NCBI RefSeq assembly: GCF_009834535.1
Contig: NC_045697.1
Location: 64,358,001-64,422,000 of the forward strand
Direction: 5' to 3'
DNA: 64,000 nucleotides
DNA from: Camelus ferus
Lineage: Eukaryota
The notes beneath the pieces were generated by a model that made no database searches, had not been told where the DNA came from, and worked only from the letters and a program-made list of their open reading frames with translations. The translations under genes were made by a program, and so were the position numbers. Shown here in pieces: positions 12,940 through 27,015 of this stretch; position 1 is the first letter of the stretch, and the number at the start of each line of letters is the position of its first letter.

Positions 12940-14250
12940 TATTTTTTAATTTATTCTACTTCAAATTAAAAAATACACATCAGTCTCAAAATTCAAGTAG
13001 TTTTATAATCTTAAAAGAAAAAACACACAGTAGTTATATGTCCCACTCCCCCTTCACTTTCCTAAGTTATCAATTTCAGGAAACAATCATTTGCGATTCT
13101 TTGAGCTGTTTCTTCTTGTTTTGCCTCTGCATTTGAGGCTAACATACATTCGCTGCCATTTTCTGATGTTTAGGTTTTGAATATAGCATTTCCACAATTG
13201 GAGGATGAAGATTTAGGTCTCTAATATGTAGTACTCTCTACTTTTACTTACACCTCCCTTCTTCATTCCCTTCTAATATATAAGCATCCAAATTTCAAGG
13301 ATTAATCATTTGGGGCACATAATATTGTAACTTGTCACCACTGAGGAGTAAATGTTCAATTAATAAATATCAATGGCTGTACAAATTTTAACTTTATTGG
13401 AGCAATTTAAAAATTTTTTTTGGTTTGCTTGATTTTCTACTTTCCCATTCATTGCCAAAAGAAATATCATTTTTCTCTTGTTTCAATGTTTCAATCTGGC
13501 TGGTTGCTCCCTAGGTGTGCTACTTAGCTCTTATCCTGGTATTTCTTTGGTGTTTATCCAGAGCATCATCTTTACCCATGAGGTGTTTTTTAATCTTCCC
13601 TTTCCTGAATTCAATATTATTCTATTCCTTGGTTTAGTCATCATTTTGTGGAGCTTATCTTCCAGTACCTCCTGGAGAAATGGCATATTGAGTGAATTTT
13701 AAAGATGTTTCATGTCTGAAAACATCATTATTCTGTCCCTCATACTCATTTTTACTGAGCATAGAATTCTAGATTAGAAATTTGGGACCAGAAAAGTTGA
13801 AGACTAAATACCAGTGTCTAGTAACTGTAGGGAAGTAATTCCAATCATCTTTGTGACATGTTTTTATTCCTCAGTGATTTTAAGAATCTCTGTATCTCCT
13901 CTTAATTTAATAGTGAATATAACTTTATAAGGATTTTTTTTCATTAACAGTACTGATCACTTCATGATAAAGTCAATTCTGGAAGCTTATTTTCTTATAC
14001 TATTTATTTGATAAACTTAAACCTCTTTTTAAATGTTTTTTCTTTGTACAACTACTTTAATAGGATTTCTCAGACAGACCCTCTGATTTTGTAACTTTTT
14101 CTCTTTTGTTGTATTTTTGAGATATTTCTCAAACTATTTCCTGTGATCCTTCTGAAAATTTCAACTTATTTTCATATATTAGAATTTTAAGAAAATGTTT
14201 TATTTATATAATACTTTGGTATTTAGGTTTTGATGACTGTAAATTATATA
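12940..14250 (-). mobile_element. Very old L1 fragments (L1ME-like)
   Basis: T-rich sequence with CATGTCTGAAAACATCATTATTCTG...CATAGAATTCTAGATTAGAAAT, typical of antisense old L1 ORF1; boundaries are vague. Confidence 0.55.
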
Positions 14251-15444
14251 TGAGTTCATGATTTTTCTTAAAGTTTATCAATTTAATTAGAGTCTAGGTA
14301 ATTTTTTATGTAGACTTACTATAAAATATACCCATATCTAATATTTGATCATGTATATTTCTCACATAAATAACAAAAAACATTGATTTTCTTCATGAAT
14401 AAATTTTTAAACATCAAATAGATGAGTTAATTATACTGAAAGGAGCAATTTATCACTTAGGCATATGTTCATCATTTATTTCATAAATGATAAGTTTGTG
14501 TATAGAATCTAGAGACCCTGGAATAACTCCAAACCACATTACCACTGTTCTATTTACTACTTTTCTTCCTTCCTTATCCTAATGTCTAACCCAGGGAACC
14601 TCTTCAGTACACTCCCCCCCACCTCCACCTCCACCCCATGCACACAGACACACACACTTATATATAATCTCTTTACTTTTCCCTTAAACTATCTATAATT
14701 CATAATAGTTTAGTAAATTATGCTTCTGTAAACTGAAATAAAACATTTATAAATGATATCCTTTTCTCCCTGCCTTACCTTCCAGAATTCAGAAAATCTT
14801 ATTAAATATTCTTATTTTTGTGGAAATACGATGATTTGAATAGGTTCAATAAGAATCTTTCTTTCTTGTTAGTAGAACACAATTGGAAACACATGTGATC
14901 AAGGCCTTGCCTAGGGTATTGTATTTGATATGCTCAGTTAATCAGATGTAACCAAACAATGTTAAAGAACTAAGGTTTACTCTATGGAGCCAATGATCCC
15001 AAAGCCCTCTTGTGAAAACTGCCCTGGTACCTGGCTTACAGGATTACCAGCCATAAAACTGAGTAACGAAGGTCACTTCCTGTCAAGGCCAGGAAACCTG
15101 GTATATTTGGGGGACTATAAAAAAAAGAGAAGCATTCACCCAGATTTACAGGTATTTCAGGTAATGGTCAGTTTGTGTGAGTTTTTTTGCTGCTGTAACA
15201 AATTACTATGAATTTGGGAGTTTAAAACATTGTAGATTTACTATTTTACAGTTCTGTAATTCTGAAGTCTAAAATGGGTTTTCTGGGCTAAAATCAAGGT
15301 ATCAGCAGGGCTATCTTCCTTTATAAAGGCTCCAGGGGAAAATCCATTTACTTACCCTTTTGAGCTTCTGGAAGCTGCACACATTCCTCCATTCCTTGGC
15401 TGGAGACCACCTTCCTCCATCCATGAAATCAGCAAGTGCAGGTC

Positions 15445-16381
15445 CATTTTTTTCTTTCTTTATTAAATTTAAGAAAATTAATTGTAGTAAAACATGCATA
15501 CCATAAAATCTACCAAATTACCATTTTAGTGTATAATTCAGTAGTGCTAAGTATATTCACATTGATGTGCAACCATTCTCCACAACAATACATGGTTTTA
15601 AAGCCAAAGGGATATAAAAACTATTTTAAGTATGATTTTACCCTAGAATTTTAACAAAATTTTAGAATTCTAAGTTTTTTCCTTTGTTTTAACAAGTTTT
15701 TTCTAAGTCTTGGCTTGTGGGAGTTTTTGTTTTTGTTTTGTTTTTGGTTTTGTTTTCATTTTTTCAGGTTTATTGAGATATAACTGAAAAATTAGATATA
15801 TTTAAAGTATACATGGGGTGATGTGATATGCATATACTCTGTGAAATGATTATCACAATTTCATTAGCACATCTACCACTTCACATAATTACCTTTTGCA
15901 TATGTGTATAGGAATAATGCTTAAGATCAAATCTAAGCAATTTTAAAGTATACTATACAGTACTATCTATGGTCACCATCCTGTATATTAGGTCCTCAGA
16001 ACTTATTCTTCTTATAACTGGAAGTTGTAAAGTGTTTATCATAATAAGGTTACTTAACACAGTCCATCACCTCACATAATTACCATTTTGCTGTTACTGG
16101 TGTTATGGTACAATATTAAAGCTCTACTCTCACAGCAAATTTCAAGTATATAATACCTAAGTGTTAACTATAGACACCATGATCCCTGGAACACATAACA
16201 CACATAACCTGTACCCTTTGACCAACATCTCCTTGTTTCCCCCAAAACCCAGGCCCTGGCAACTACTATTCTACTCTATGTTTCTATGAATCTGACTTTT
16301 TCTTGACTCAAAATATAAATGAGATCATACCTATTTGTCTTTTTCTGTCTGCCTTATTTCATTTAGTATAATGCCCTTGTA

Positions 16382-16385
<4 letters not shown>
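15445..16385 (-). mobile_element. Cluster of L1 3'-end fragments (L1MB-like and L1MA9-like)
   Basis: T-rich tails at ~15445 and ~15725. TTTATTGAGATATAACTGA, GCAAATTTCAAGTATATAATAC, TGTACCCTTTGACCAACATCTCC, CCCTGGCAACTACTATTCTACTCT. Confidence 0.85.

Positions 16386-16413
<28 letters not shown>
16384..16413. repeat. (CA)n microsatellite
   Basis: Seen directly. Confidence 0.97.
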
Positions 16414-16417
<4 letters not shown>

Positions 16418-17865
16418 GACTGCAGGAGCCTGAGTGCAAGGGCCTGCCTGGTTGCAGTGGTCAGCCTCAGTGGTGAGGACTGGGGCCAACAGCAGGAACT
16501 GGAGCCAAGTGGATAACCTAGGATAACCTCACTATTTTATGGTTTGCTAATTAGTAATCATATGAAATTGTAATTTAATTCCCCTTTCTCATATAGGGGT
16601 CAGATTCACTGATTCCAGGGGTTAGGATGTAGATCTCTTTTTTTGGAAGAGGGGCATTAGTATGCCTACCATACCAGTTCTTGGCTTGACTTGTAGGCTT
16701 ATGAGGCTTTTAAAAGTCCAATCTGAAATTTTTCATGAAAACATCCAGTAAAGCAAATTTAAGAAGGCCGATATAGTAAACTACTATTCCTGCTTTCTTT
16801 ATGTAAATAATCAAGCCAGCTCTAATGAGGCCAGTCTTATTTTGTGATGTTTCTTTGAGATTACTTTTGATCATAAGAGAGGTTACTTTAGGGAAAACTT
16901 TTGTGTTTCACTGGTAAACTATGAATGATCTTAATATATCCTTCAGGGTTATCAGATTCTTGCCCTGTTCGTTGTCCTTTGAACTATTTTGTACTTCCTT
17001 CTAAATTACAGGTTACTAAGGGGTTTGCAAATTGTCTTGCTTTGTGGAGGTTCAACTGACAAATCAATTCTGATACCTACTGGTAAATTGGACTGGATCC
17101 AATTCCATGTCCAAGATGTTGATTCCTAACAAATTTTTAATTTTACCAAGTTCCTCTAACATCTGTCTACAATCGTCCAAACATACTTTTCCAATCTTTC
17201 TCTCTCCTGTCTGACTCAGTATCACAGAGAAGTAAAACATGATTGTCCAGATCACTATCATGACTCTGGACTGACTTGAAGCTTGCCCTTCTTCTCAGGG
17301 TTTGAAAACGCTCTGCAAGCCGAAGCCAAGCCACTTGATATAAATCTTGAGGGACTCACCACTGTAAAAGACCATGTATGGGCCAGAATCTTTCCTTGTC
17401 AAGCTGCTGTCTGGACCATAAAGAAGTCTGGCAAAATACTTGGGTAATGCATTCAAGAAGTAACCAAGACTATGGTCAGCAACACTGAGAACATCAATTT
17501 TCTAGCTCAAGAGCTTCAAAAACTCAACAAGCAATGCTGCTTAACTTTTGACAACTTCTTGACACCAACTAGACTGTTGGTCTCAGGATTCAACACTGGA
17601 CTCTTTAATATAATCTTATATTAGTATTTCTCTTTTTCATTTCACGCATCCCTCTTGTAAGATGCCTTATCTCCAGGACTACAAACCTTTATTACCATAA
17701 AGATTCCAACTTTGAGTGATGCAACAGATGGTTGAACTAGTTTTACAGAAAAAGACACCAACAAGAATCCTATTTCTTACAAGCTGCTTCACCTCACCCA
17801 GGAAGCTTATAATCAACTCAGAGTTGTCCATCAATGAGCAACACTAGTCTTAAACAAGAGATGAT

Positions 17866-18043
17866 TGACATGTTGAACTCTATCATGATCCTCAAAACTC
17901 GCTTGCTTATTAGCTTCTATAAAACCCCAGATCCTCCTCCTTTCATTTGAGACACGTCTCATTAATGAATATTTCCCTAATACTATATACATATAGCTTG
18001 AATAAAATCATCTTTTTAACTGTCTGCTGCACTTTGTCTTTCA
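17866..18043 (+). mobile_element. Short 3' LTR of the MER4-group ERV
   Basis: TG...CA ends, degraded purine tract just upstream, TATAAAA at 17918, AATAAA at 18001. Confidence 0.6.
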
Positions 18044-18149
18044 TAATCTCAATTCTTTAAAGTATACTTTTTCATCAGTGGATTAATTATTATGTAATAA
18101 TATAAATGTGATATTGACAATGATGAAAATGATAATGAGATGATGACGA

Positions 18150-18400
18150 CAATATCTAGCACCTGTAATTATGCTTATTCTTTTCCCAGACACTATTCTC
18201 TGCATGCTATATATAGCAAAGATTTGATCTTAATTACTAGTTCATGAAGTAGATACTATTAGTACCCCTATTTAATGAAGGAGAAAACTCAAAAACAAAG
18301 ATGTTAACTAGCCCTAAGTCACAGAGCTAGTAAACTGTAGAGCCAGGTTTCAAACACAGGCTATCTGTTTCCAAAGTCTGTGCTCTTAAAACTTATGTCA
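18150..18400 (-). mobile_element. MIR SINE
   Basis: GAGAAAACT...TAACTAGCCCTAAGTCACAGAGCTAGTAAA...AGAGCCAGG. Confidence 0.8.
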
Positions 18401-18689
18401 ACCATCTTACTGTTAAGGTTCTAAAGATAACTTTTCTTCATCTGGAAGACTCCTCCCATATGGTTCTGCTTCTTTGAATCCCTGCTGTGATTGCCTGTCC
18501 TTTTCCTAAGATGGTGCTATACAACTGTGCCAAGTATTCTGCTTATTATTGTTGTTCATAAGGGCACAAATGATACGTATTTTAGCCTCCCAAGTACTTC
18601 ATGGTATTATCTATCTTTCCTAACTTTTACCTTCACGATGTACTTTTATTGCTAGTAAATTTTTTAATAAGTATAATTACTATGAACTT

Positions 18690-18915
18690 TGTCTCTAGAG
18701 CCTGGCTACCTTAGTTTGAATGCCTACTCCAACACTTACCAGCTCTGTGCCACATTGGGCATATTACTTAATCACACTCAGTCTCAGCGCCATTCTCTGT
18801 AAATTGGGAATGATAACAGGACCCAACCCCGAAGGTAGATGCTATATCGGGGGAGGCAATGTATGTAAAACAGTACAGTGCTTGGAACATAAAAAGCCCT
18901 TTATCACTGTCATTA
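18690..18915 (+). mobile_element. MIR SINE
   Basis: CACTTACCAGCTCTGTG...TTGGGCA..TTACTTAA...CTCAG...TCTGTAAATTGGGAATGATAA. Confidence 0.8.
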
Positions 18916-20494
18916 CTTTTTTAAACTCTACATTTCACTGTAAACCCTTTGAGGTTAGTTAAAAGTTTATATTCCTCTTTATATCCCATTTTTAAGATAT
19001 CAACTTGAACTTACTATATGCTCAATATGTTGTATAAAAATCAAAATAATTTAGGCCCATTTGACTCACAGCAGAGACAATTTCTTTACAATTTCTACTT
19101 AAGCATTATATTGTTTCTACCATTGTTCAGTATATTCACATAACCTTGTGTAACATCCTTCTGTTTGTTACTCATTTAATTACTTGAAAGACACCAGTTT
19201 TTCCTAAAAACTTGATTTCAATGTGCACAGCTCTTTCTAGATTCTAGATAGATAAGTGAGTAGATAGATGGAAATATAGTATGAAGATATAGTTTATGGT
19301 TTATATATATAAGTATACACATAAAATATACAAATGATATATAATAATTTAATAAATACATGTAATCTTAGTCCGGGCATAGTGATCTCTGCTCTCTGGA
19401 CTTCATAGGATTATTAGCAAAATGAAATTTGATAATTCATATGAGGATACTTTGTAAAATATTATACATAAAATTTAATATATTATTAATATTTAAATGA
19501 TATCTAATGATGGAGATGAGGATAAAGGGAGTATGGAACAGATCTGCATGTGGATATCTTCACTAATATCTAATACCCCAAAGATTTTTCAAAACTGGAA
19601 TTATATTCTTTCCAAACTAAGCAATTCACGTACCTAGCTTAGAATATAAGATATGCAATGAAAAATAGGTCTTGTCAATCATCCTTACTTAACTCCAAGT
19701 CTTGTAGCTGCTTTTAAACTTATTAGCCCTTTTTACTTCCTTACTTCTAAAAATCATGTTTTTACCGCTACTTCTCAATTTTGAGTCACTATCTACTGTG
19801 GAAGATTGTTTAGTTCTCTCCCTGAACTCGCCCCAACTCTTAACAGAGGCACACATTCCCTTCTCACAATGAATCTTTGTGATTTTTCATTAAATCAATA
19901 TTTGGCATTTTATTATCAATGGTACATAAATATTGTTTACAGCTCTGCCACAGAGTGTGTTATTAATATGTTTCATTACTTTCACCTGGAGTTAATAAAT
20001 AATAAGTTAACTTATTTATACATCTATCAGTAGAGATATCATATAATGTAGTTACTTGTTTACACATGGTTAAATTTGGAATTTCTCATGAAGATAGAAT
20101 TTTTTTCTGTAGTTGTTTCTGGTGCTTTCGCATGAGTTTCTGAAATATATGTATTTGAGTTGTCTCATGTAATAGTGAATTAAATAAAAGATAAAAATGC
20201 AAACAATCTAATTTCCCATAGATGTTTAATATGTAACTTATTTGAATAGCATAAGCAATATTTCCATAAGAAATTTCTACTCTTTCCTTAATCCAGTGAT
20301 CAAAATTGTTACTTAGCATCGTTTTGCCTTAAAAACAGGCAAGTTTACTATTAAGAAAAAACAATAATCATAAAATTACAATTAAATATTGATATTATTT
20401 TAATATCCTAAAGTAAATGATAGTTCTATTTTGCATACTTCCAGATATTAACTAAGAACTATAAGAAACACTTAGTATTGATATTGATTATATA

Positions 20495-20983
20495 TGTATC
20501 AGTTCCTTATTGCTGCTGTATCAAATTACCACAGACTTAGTGGCTTAAAATAATTCATATTTATTTTCTTACAGTTCTAGAGCTCAGATGTCCCAAACTA
20601 ACCTCATGGAGCTAAAATCAAAGTGTCAGTAAAGCTACATTCCTCCTGGAAGCACCATGGGAAAATCCATTTCCTTGCCTTTTCTGGATTAGAGAATTCT
20701 TTAGCTCAGAGCCCGTTCCTCCATCTGCAACGTACATCATTCCAAACTCTGCTTCCTTCATCACTCCTTTTTTTCCTGCCTTCTCCAACCTTCCTTCTTC
20801 CCTTTTAAAGGGACCATTGTGATTCAATTGGGCCCATCTGGATAATCCAGGATAATACCCTCACCTAAAGACCTTTAATTTAACCATACCTGCAAAGTCT
20901 CTTCTGTCATGTAAGGCAGCATATTTAGAGGTTGGAAATAGGATGGGACATCTTGGGAGGTAGGCATTATTCAACTTACCATA
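20495..20983 (-). mobile_element. MLT1C/D-like MaLR solo LTR
   Basis: TGTATCAGTTCCTTATTGCTGCTGTATCAAATTACCACAGACTTAGTGGCTTAAAA ... GGGCCCATCTGGATAATCCAGGATAAT ... CTTACCATA. Confidence 0.88.
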
Positions 20984-22394
20984 ATTTCTTTTGCTAACTA
21001 CATTTAAATCAGCTAATTTTGGCAAAATTTTACTTAAGATAAATTATCCAGATGCTCTTTTACCTTTCTATCTCTATAATTCTTACAGGCTAACACCCAG
21101 AGACCTGGACTAGATATGAAGAGAAGGTCCAATGATCCAATTTTTACTGCTTCTCATTCTTAGCACTTTGTACCGACAATCTTAACTCTTTTTCTTTTTT
21201 TTAAGTCCTAAGGCAGTAACTGAGTTGGTTATACTTTTTCTTTAGTTTGTCAGAGTCAATTGGTTGATGTAAAACTCATTTATACTTTTAGAATCATTTT
21301 ACATGACTAGTTTACAAAATATGACATTGAGTTTCCAAGTATTGGTTAAGGAAACATAAATAGCATAATTTGTATCAGGAAACCTCTCATGTTATTTTTA
21401 ATTTACATATTTTTTAAAATTTAACTTTCTGCCAGAAAAATTGTCATAGGATAAATTTTATTTTCATTAATTCAATGAGGTTGAAATTTACTTATTTTAG
21501 AAAGCAACTTGAAATGAAGGTAAAAGTGTTACTTTGTCATTACTAAAGTTTCTTTGATAATAATTATTCAATTATCTATTTCTTAAAACTATACCATGAA
21601 ATTATTGTACATAAAACTCAGTGCTTACCTGAGAAGGTAAATGTAAATGATATATTACTTTAAAGATGCACATGATCAAAAAATGTAGTTCTATAGACCA
21701 AAATTATGCTGCAGTGTAATAAATACTGTAACTATGAACAAAGTCAACTGTTAGCCTATTAGTCATGCTTTTGCTTCTTTCTTTTCATTCTGAGTCTGTT
21801 TTTAGTAAGCTATATGTTTTCTTTTTATACTAACATTTGTTTAACTATTTCCTTTAGAAGATTTTCCTTCTTTATATGAAAACAGCATGTATAAATAGTA
21901 GGAAACTACTTACCCTAGCATAAAACTTACCTCTGCCTCCTGTTTAAATATTCACTAGCTGAATGAGTTATTGCAACCTACTTCTACTGTGTGTCATCAG
22001 TGCTACCCTTGAGGTAACAGTGGCTCACACAGTCAAATATCTAAGACATATTAAGACAGTAAGAGAACTCCTACAGGGAAAGTTAACAACTTACATGTAC
22101 CTAACTTTCACAATCAATTCAGATGATGGTTCTGTTCCAAACAACTATACATTTGCTTCAACTGTTCAACATTCATCCCAGTTTCAGTTGCCCCTGCTGA
22201 GTGTGCCTATGCTTGAATCACTTCATAGATTAATTACTGCAATTTCTTAATATTAATATTCAAAAACAAGCTTTGAGAATAATGCAAACTTATGTATATT
22301 CTAATGGTATGTGAAAAATATATCAACAAATGCACTGAAAAACTAAACGTTCATTTATAAAAGAGTAAGCCAGAAAGCAGCTTCTTCTATTATG

Positions 22395-22825
22395 ATTATC
22401 ATTCGGGATTGTTTGATTTCAAGCAGCAGAAACTCATCCTAACCAAACCAAGCAAAATGAAATTGAATGGAAAGATATTTAAATCCACAGAAACCAAGGG
22501 AGGCTACAAAATCAGGTTTAAAATTATAGAAACTAAAATATCTATGGAGTTCAGAAAACAGAAATAAAATAACATTCCAGTAGCAGAATGGTTAGAATGA
22601 TTATGGTCAGAATTATATCCTTGGGATGGCTGGAAATCTAACCATTTTCAGTTCCATTATCCTTCTGCTTCTGATCAAATTTTTAGGAAGTATACATTAG
22701 TCTAGACTAGGAAATATGCCAGTTAGTGGACGTGGTTGGTGGGGTGGGGATTTCTCTAAATAAAATTGGAGGTGGTAAGTAAGAAGTGGATTCTAGACAT
22801 TGAAAAATATTAAATATTCACCACG
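22395..22825 (-). mobile_element. Old MLT1 LTR (MLT1N/O-like)
   Basis: GATTTCAAGCAGCAGAAACTCATCCTAAC..AAGCAAAA resembles MaLR termini. Confidence 0.5.
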
Positions 22826-22974
22826 GACAATGTGTATTTCTATTTCCACACAAGGAAAGACTTTATCTGTCTGTGACAATAAGTGATGTCTAATTACTTA
22901 CGTAATATTTATAAAGTTTTAAAATATCCTAACATGACTTTCAGTTTAAGCTTAGAGATACAGTGAACTAAAAG

Positions 22975-24955
22975 AGAAAAGCTCCACTCCTTAAAAGAAG
23001 AAAAAATCTGAACATGCAAAAAAATGGATAACTTTCTGTGAAACCATCAAATAATAGATGTCGCAAAATGAATAGCCACCCCAAAGAAAGACAGATACCT
23101 GCAGGGAGAGACAGAAGCCAAGCATTTGTTTACCTGAGAAGAAACCACTAGACAACATACAATCTGATAGGAACATTAAACTAGAGATTTTGACACATAC
23201 TGAAAGATAGAATGTGAGCTGGTAAGAGAGTGAAAATCCTATTAGGGAAATTCTCATCCACAGACTTGCTTTTCCTCCAGGAATTCTACCTGGCTCTCAC
23301 AGGGACCACCAGGAAGAACCCTGAGAAAATTCATCTAATGAGGATGGGGATCTTTCTCTCTGACCGAGCAAAGGCTCAGTCTGCAGGGGGAAGAGTAGAG
23401 CCTGAGGACACATGCAAAATTCATCTCGGTTAGAAGACAGGAACTCCACCCGGCCCGAGTCTCCTGTGTGTCTTGGCTTGCTAGGGCTGCTATAACTAAA
23501 TACAGAAGACTGGGCGGCTTAAGCAACATGCTTATTTGCTCACACTTCTGGAGGTTAGAAGTCCAAAATCAAGGTGTCAGAAAAAAAGTTTCTTCTGAAG
23601 CCTCTCTCCTTGAGTGCCTTGTTCCTATCCTCATATGGTCTTCTCCACACATAGGTATCCTGGGCGCTCTTGGTATGTCCTAATTCCCTTTTCATACAAA
23701 GACACCCATCAGATTGGGTTAAGGACCACCCTAACAGCCTCATTTTTAAATTAATCATCTTTAAGGATTCTATCTCCTCATACAGTCACATTCTGAGGTG
23801 CTAGAGTTCAAGGATTCAACATACCAATTGGGCGGGGGTGGGGAGGGGACAATTTAACTGAAAGCACGATCTCATCCAAGGGAAAACGAATAAAAGTCTC
23901 AGTCTGCAGAGAAGAAGACCACAGGACATAGACTGAGAACACTGGAGGACACCCACGGCAGTGAGGAAAGAAATGGGGAGAAGAACAACTACACCTATGG
24001 AGGAAGGACAGCACACCATGAAGGCTGTACTTCTAAGACAGGCTCCCTGTGCACGCCAGACTAAGACTTACTCAGTACATTAGCACATGCTTCCCAGCCC
24101 CACACTGTACCACCACACTCTAAGCCTCTACTAATAATACCAGTGGATTAAGGCTGGGAGATCTGCAAGAGACAGAGTCTCTCTTGAGCATCTTAGAAAG
24201 GGGAGAACAGAAGCCAAGAGTGGAGAATAAAACAAGCTCACTAGAGGCATCTGAACCCTGGAGTGCCCACATCAACAAAGTGCTTCAAACACAATGTACT
24301 ATATTAACATAAATCCTCACTTCATAGTTCTGTTACCTAGGTATCCATTATCCTGTATAACATGCTCAACGTTCAGCAAAAAATTACAAGGGATGACAAA
24401 AGGCAAGGGGGAAATACAATACAATTATCAGAACCAGACTCAGACATGATACAGCTATTGATATTGTCAGATAGATTTTAAAATAACTATAACTAATACG
24501 TTGATAGCTTTAATAGAAAAGATAGTCAAACATGCCAGATCAGGTAGGTAATTCAACACAAAGATGAAACTATCAGAAATACTCAACTACAAATACTAGA
24601 AATTAAAAACACAGTAACAGAATGAAAAATGGCTTTGATGAGCTTATCAGTAAACTCAAATAGCCGAGGAAAGTGTAAGCGACCTTGAAATACAGCAACA
24701 GAAATTACACAAATTGAGATGCAAAGAGAAAAAAGGAGTTAAAAGAAAAGCAGAGCACACATGACCAAACGGTATAGCATATATGTAACTGGAATATCAG
24801 AAAGAAAAGGTGAGAATTTACATTATACCCCAAAATAAAAACCATCAAAAACTGAATGAATGTAAACATAAGTTTTTTCACTTATAGTAATTGCTCTAAA
24901 AGTTAGCTGACTAAAACAATAACCGTACCATATACTGTCTTTTTACAACATACAT
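22975..24955 (+). mobile_element. L1 5' UTR and ORF1 remnant (L1MC/MD-like), interrupted by an MLT1A-like LTR
   Basis: CAGCAAAAAATTACAAG...AAAAGGCAAG, ATCAGAACCAGACTCAGACATGA, ACTAGAAATTAAAAACACAGTAACAGAATGAA match the L1 ORF1 N-terminal region. Confidence 0.75.
23469..23866 (-). mobile_element. MLT1A-like MaLR solo LTR
   Basis: GGGCTGCTATAAC.AAATAC..AGACTGGGCGGCTTAA...TTCTGGAGG.TAGAAGTCCAA.ATCAAGGTGTCAG...CAGTCACATTCTGAGGT. Confidence 0.88.
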
Positions 24956-26829
24956 AAAAACATCCTGAATAGAAAGTGTTCAACTGTGACCTAAATTCTA
25001 TTGCTGTGACTACCAATGATATCCCTGCAACACCAGCAAGGAGGACACATTTCCTTGACTTGGTTAGTTAATATAAATTTATAATTTGCCTTGGATTGAT
25101 TCTGAAAGGTTTATCCTGTTAGGCCTTCCCATAACATGTTCTCTCACTCTAATTAGATCTTTCACAATGTGGTTTTGCAAGTGTTATTCTCCTGAAACAA
25201 CACATTCACATTTGGATACAGTGAACATTCTTTGACATGCCACAATTAAAAGGTTTCTAAAGAAGAAACTCCTTAAATTTCTAAATAATGCTTGAAAAGA
25301 GCTGTTTGCCATCTCTTTTAATCAAATGAATAGAGTATGTTTTATTTATATTAAAAAGTATTGTATTTTATATTAAATAAAATTATAAAAGGGTACATCA
25401 TACAATAACAGATTTTAAACATAGCTAGATTATTATATTGATCATTTAGAAGTGGTTTCAGCCCTTCTTTTCCATCCAATTAGCATACATCTTGAATAAT
25501 TTGTGCCTTATTGAAAAACATAATTATAAAGTAATTATGAAAACGCAAAATGTCATTAATTTCATCCTCTATGGATTTAGCAGCCTAATAATACTCACCT
25601 AAATTTTGGAACTTCCTGTTAAAATCAGCCAACATGTAAAAGAAAATAAAACTTGTACATGCCATCAGTGGCATTTATACTTTTCTTAAAATTATTTCCC
25701 CTAAAGTATCTTATTTGTGTACTTTTAAAATTTATTAGGATTCCATTAGACATCTGACCTGAATTTTTTCTTTACACTTGTATAAGTTTGCTATGTATAA
25801 GTATTTGTCACTATATTCCTATAATTTGCCATGGAATTACCGTACTAAAGGAAATATGTTCATGACAATTGACAGAAAAATTAAATCACTGACATTAGAA
25901 GTTGCAAAATATGCTTATCCCTCATAGATAATATATTTGATCTGATTTCAAGTTTTGGGCTCTCTTGCTTTTTCCTCTAAATTTTAATTTTAACTTGTTT
26001 ATCATCTACAGAAAGGAAAGAATCCTGAATGAAATTAGCTATGCAACTTTTTAGGAAAAAAAAAAAGAGTTTTTCTTTTACTATTGTTTTAGTTTGTGGA
26101 AATTAATAGTGTCAGACTTCAATGTAATGATGGATATTAAAAGCATTTTACTTTGATTCTGTTCTCCAAAAATTACCAAAACTAGCCAAAAAATGAAAAT
26201 GAGAAGGATAAAAAAAAAAAACTATCTTTGTTGAAACAGGTAAGTGATCATAACAAACAAGAATCTGTGATATTACCTGCCAAATAATTTAAGAGTGGTC
26301 AAAAGCAAGGTAATCTACTGAGAAAAGGCAAAATCTTATGCAATTGTAGCAAATGGCTGTAGTTTTTTAAAAGCCTAGATTGACACAAGATTAACATCTG
26401 GAAAAGTACTAGGTGCTTACACACACATACCATACAAACATAACATACCCTACAACATTTATGCACAGTATTTATGTTTGTGGCAAAATTTACAGAGGTA
26501 TGGAAACAGAGAAGATTTACTTTCCAAATTACAAACATCTTTATGATTTTTTATATATTCCTGGGTGGAACTTCCTTTATTTACCTTCATAGCTTCATGC
26601 TCCCTTTCTGCTTTCCCCCAATTTCATTGCTTCCTTAAATAAGTCTAGCATTATTGTTTGCTCAAGATTAGCCTACCAATTTGCAAATAACATGTTCCTT
26701 CAAATATGAGCCATTTCTTTTAGATCTTTTTCTGCTCACCCTCTTTGATTTTCTCTGCAATAACTGCAATAACTTATAAGGGAATTGACAGTGTATCGTG
26801 TCATGGGAAAATGATTACCAACATTCTGA

Positions 26830-27015
26830 ATGCCTACTGTATAATTGACAAATATCTTAATATTTTAATCCTCACAATAATCTTACAAGGTATATAATTT
26901 TTCTCCAATTATAAAATAAGTGAGAGATCAGAGAACAACTTACCCAAGGTCACAGTCAGTAATTGGAGAAGCCTGTTAAATCTATCTAAATATCAGCCCT
27001 GTACATTTTCCATTA
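26830..27015 (-). mobile_element. MIR SINE
   Basis: TTTAATCCTCACAATAATC...CAACTTACCCAAGGTCACAG. Confidence 0.7.

Larger units (their letters stand above)
15174..16673 (-). mobile_element. MLT1C/D-like MaLR LTR, split by L1-containing sequence (15445-~16520)
   Basis: TGCTGCTGTAACAAATTAC...CTGGGCTAAAATCAAGGT...; resumes at ~16520 and ends at GCCTACCATA. CAGTT on both flanks (15169-15173 and 16675-16679). Confidence 0.8.
14660..17865 (+). mobile_element. ERV1 MER4-group internal sequence, interrupted at 15174-16673
   Basis: GTTCAATAAGAATC...ACACAATTGGA, CTGGTACCTGGCTTACAGG, GGTCACTTCCTG...CCAGGAA, and GAGGCTTTTAAAAGTCCAATCTGA resuming after the insert. Confidence 0.75.

Noticed and set aside
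26234..26246. Strong donor CAG|GTAAGT (and GAG|GTAAGT at ~40194)
   Set aside because: No convincing paired acceptor or reading frame; isolated consensus matches are expected in 64 kb.
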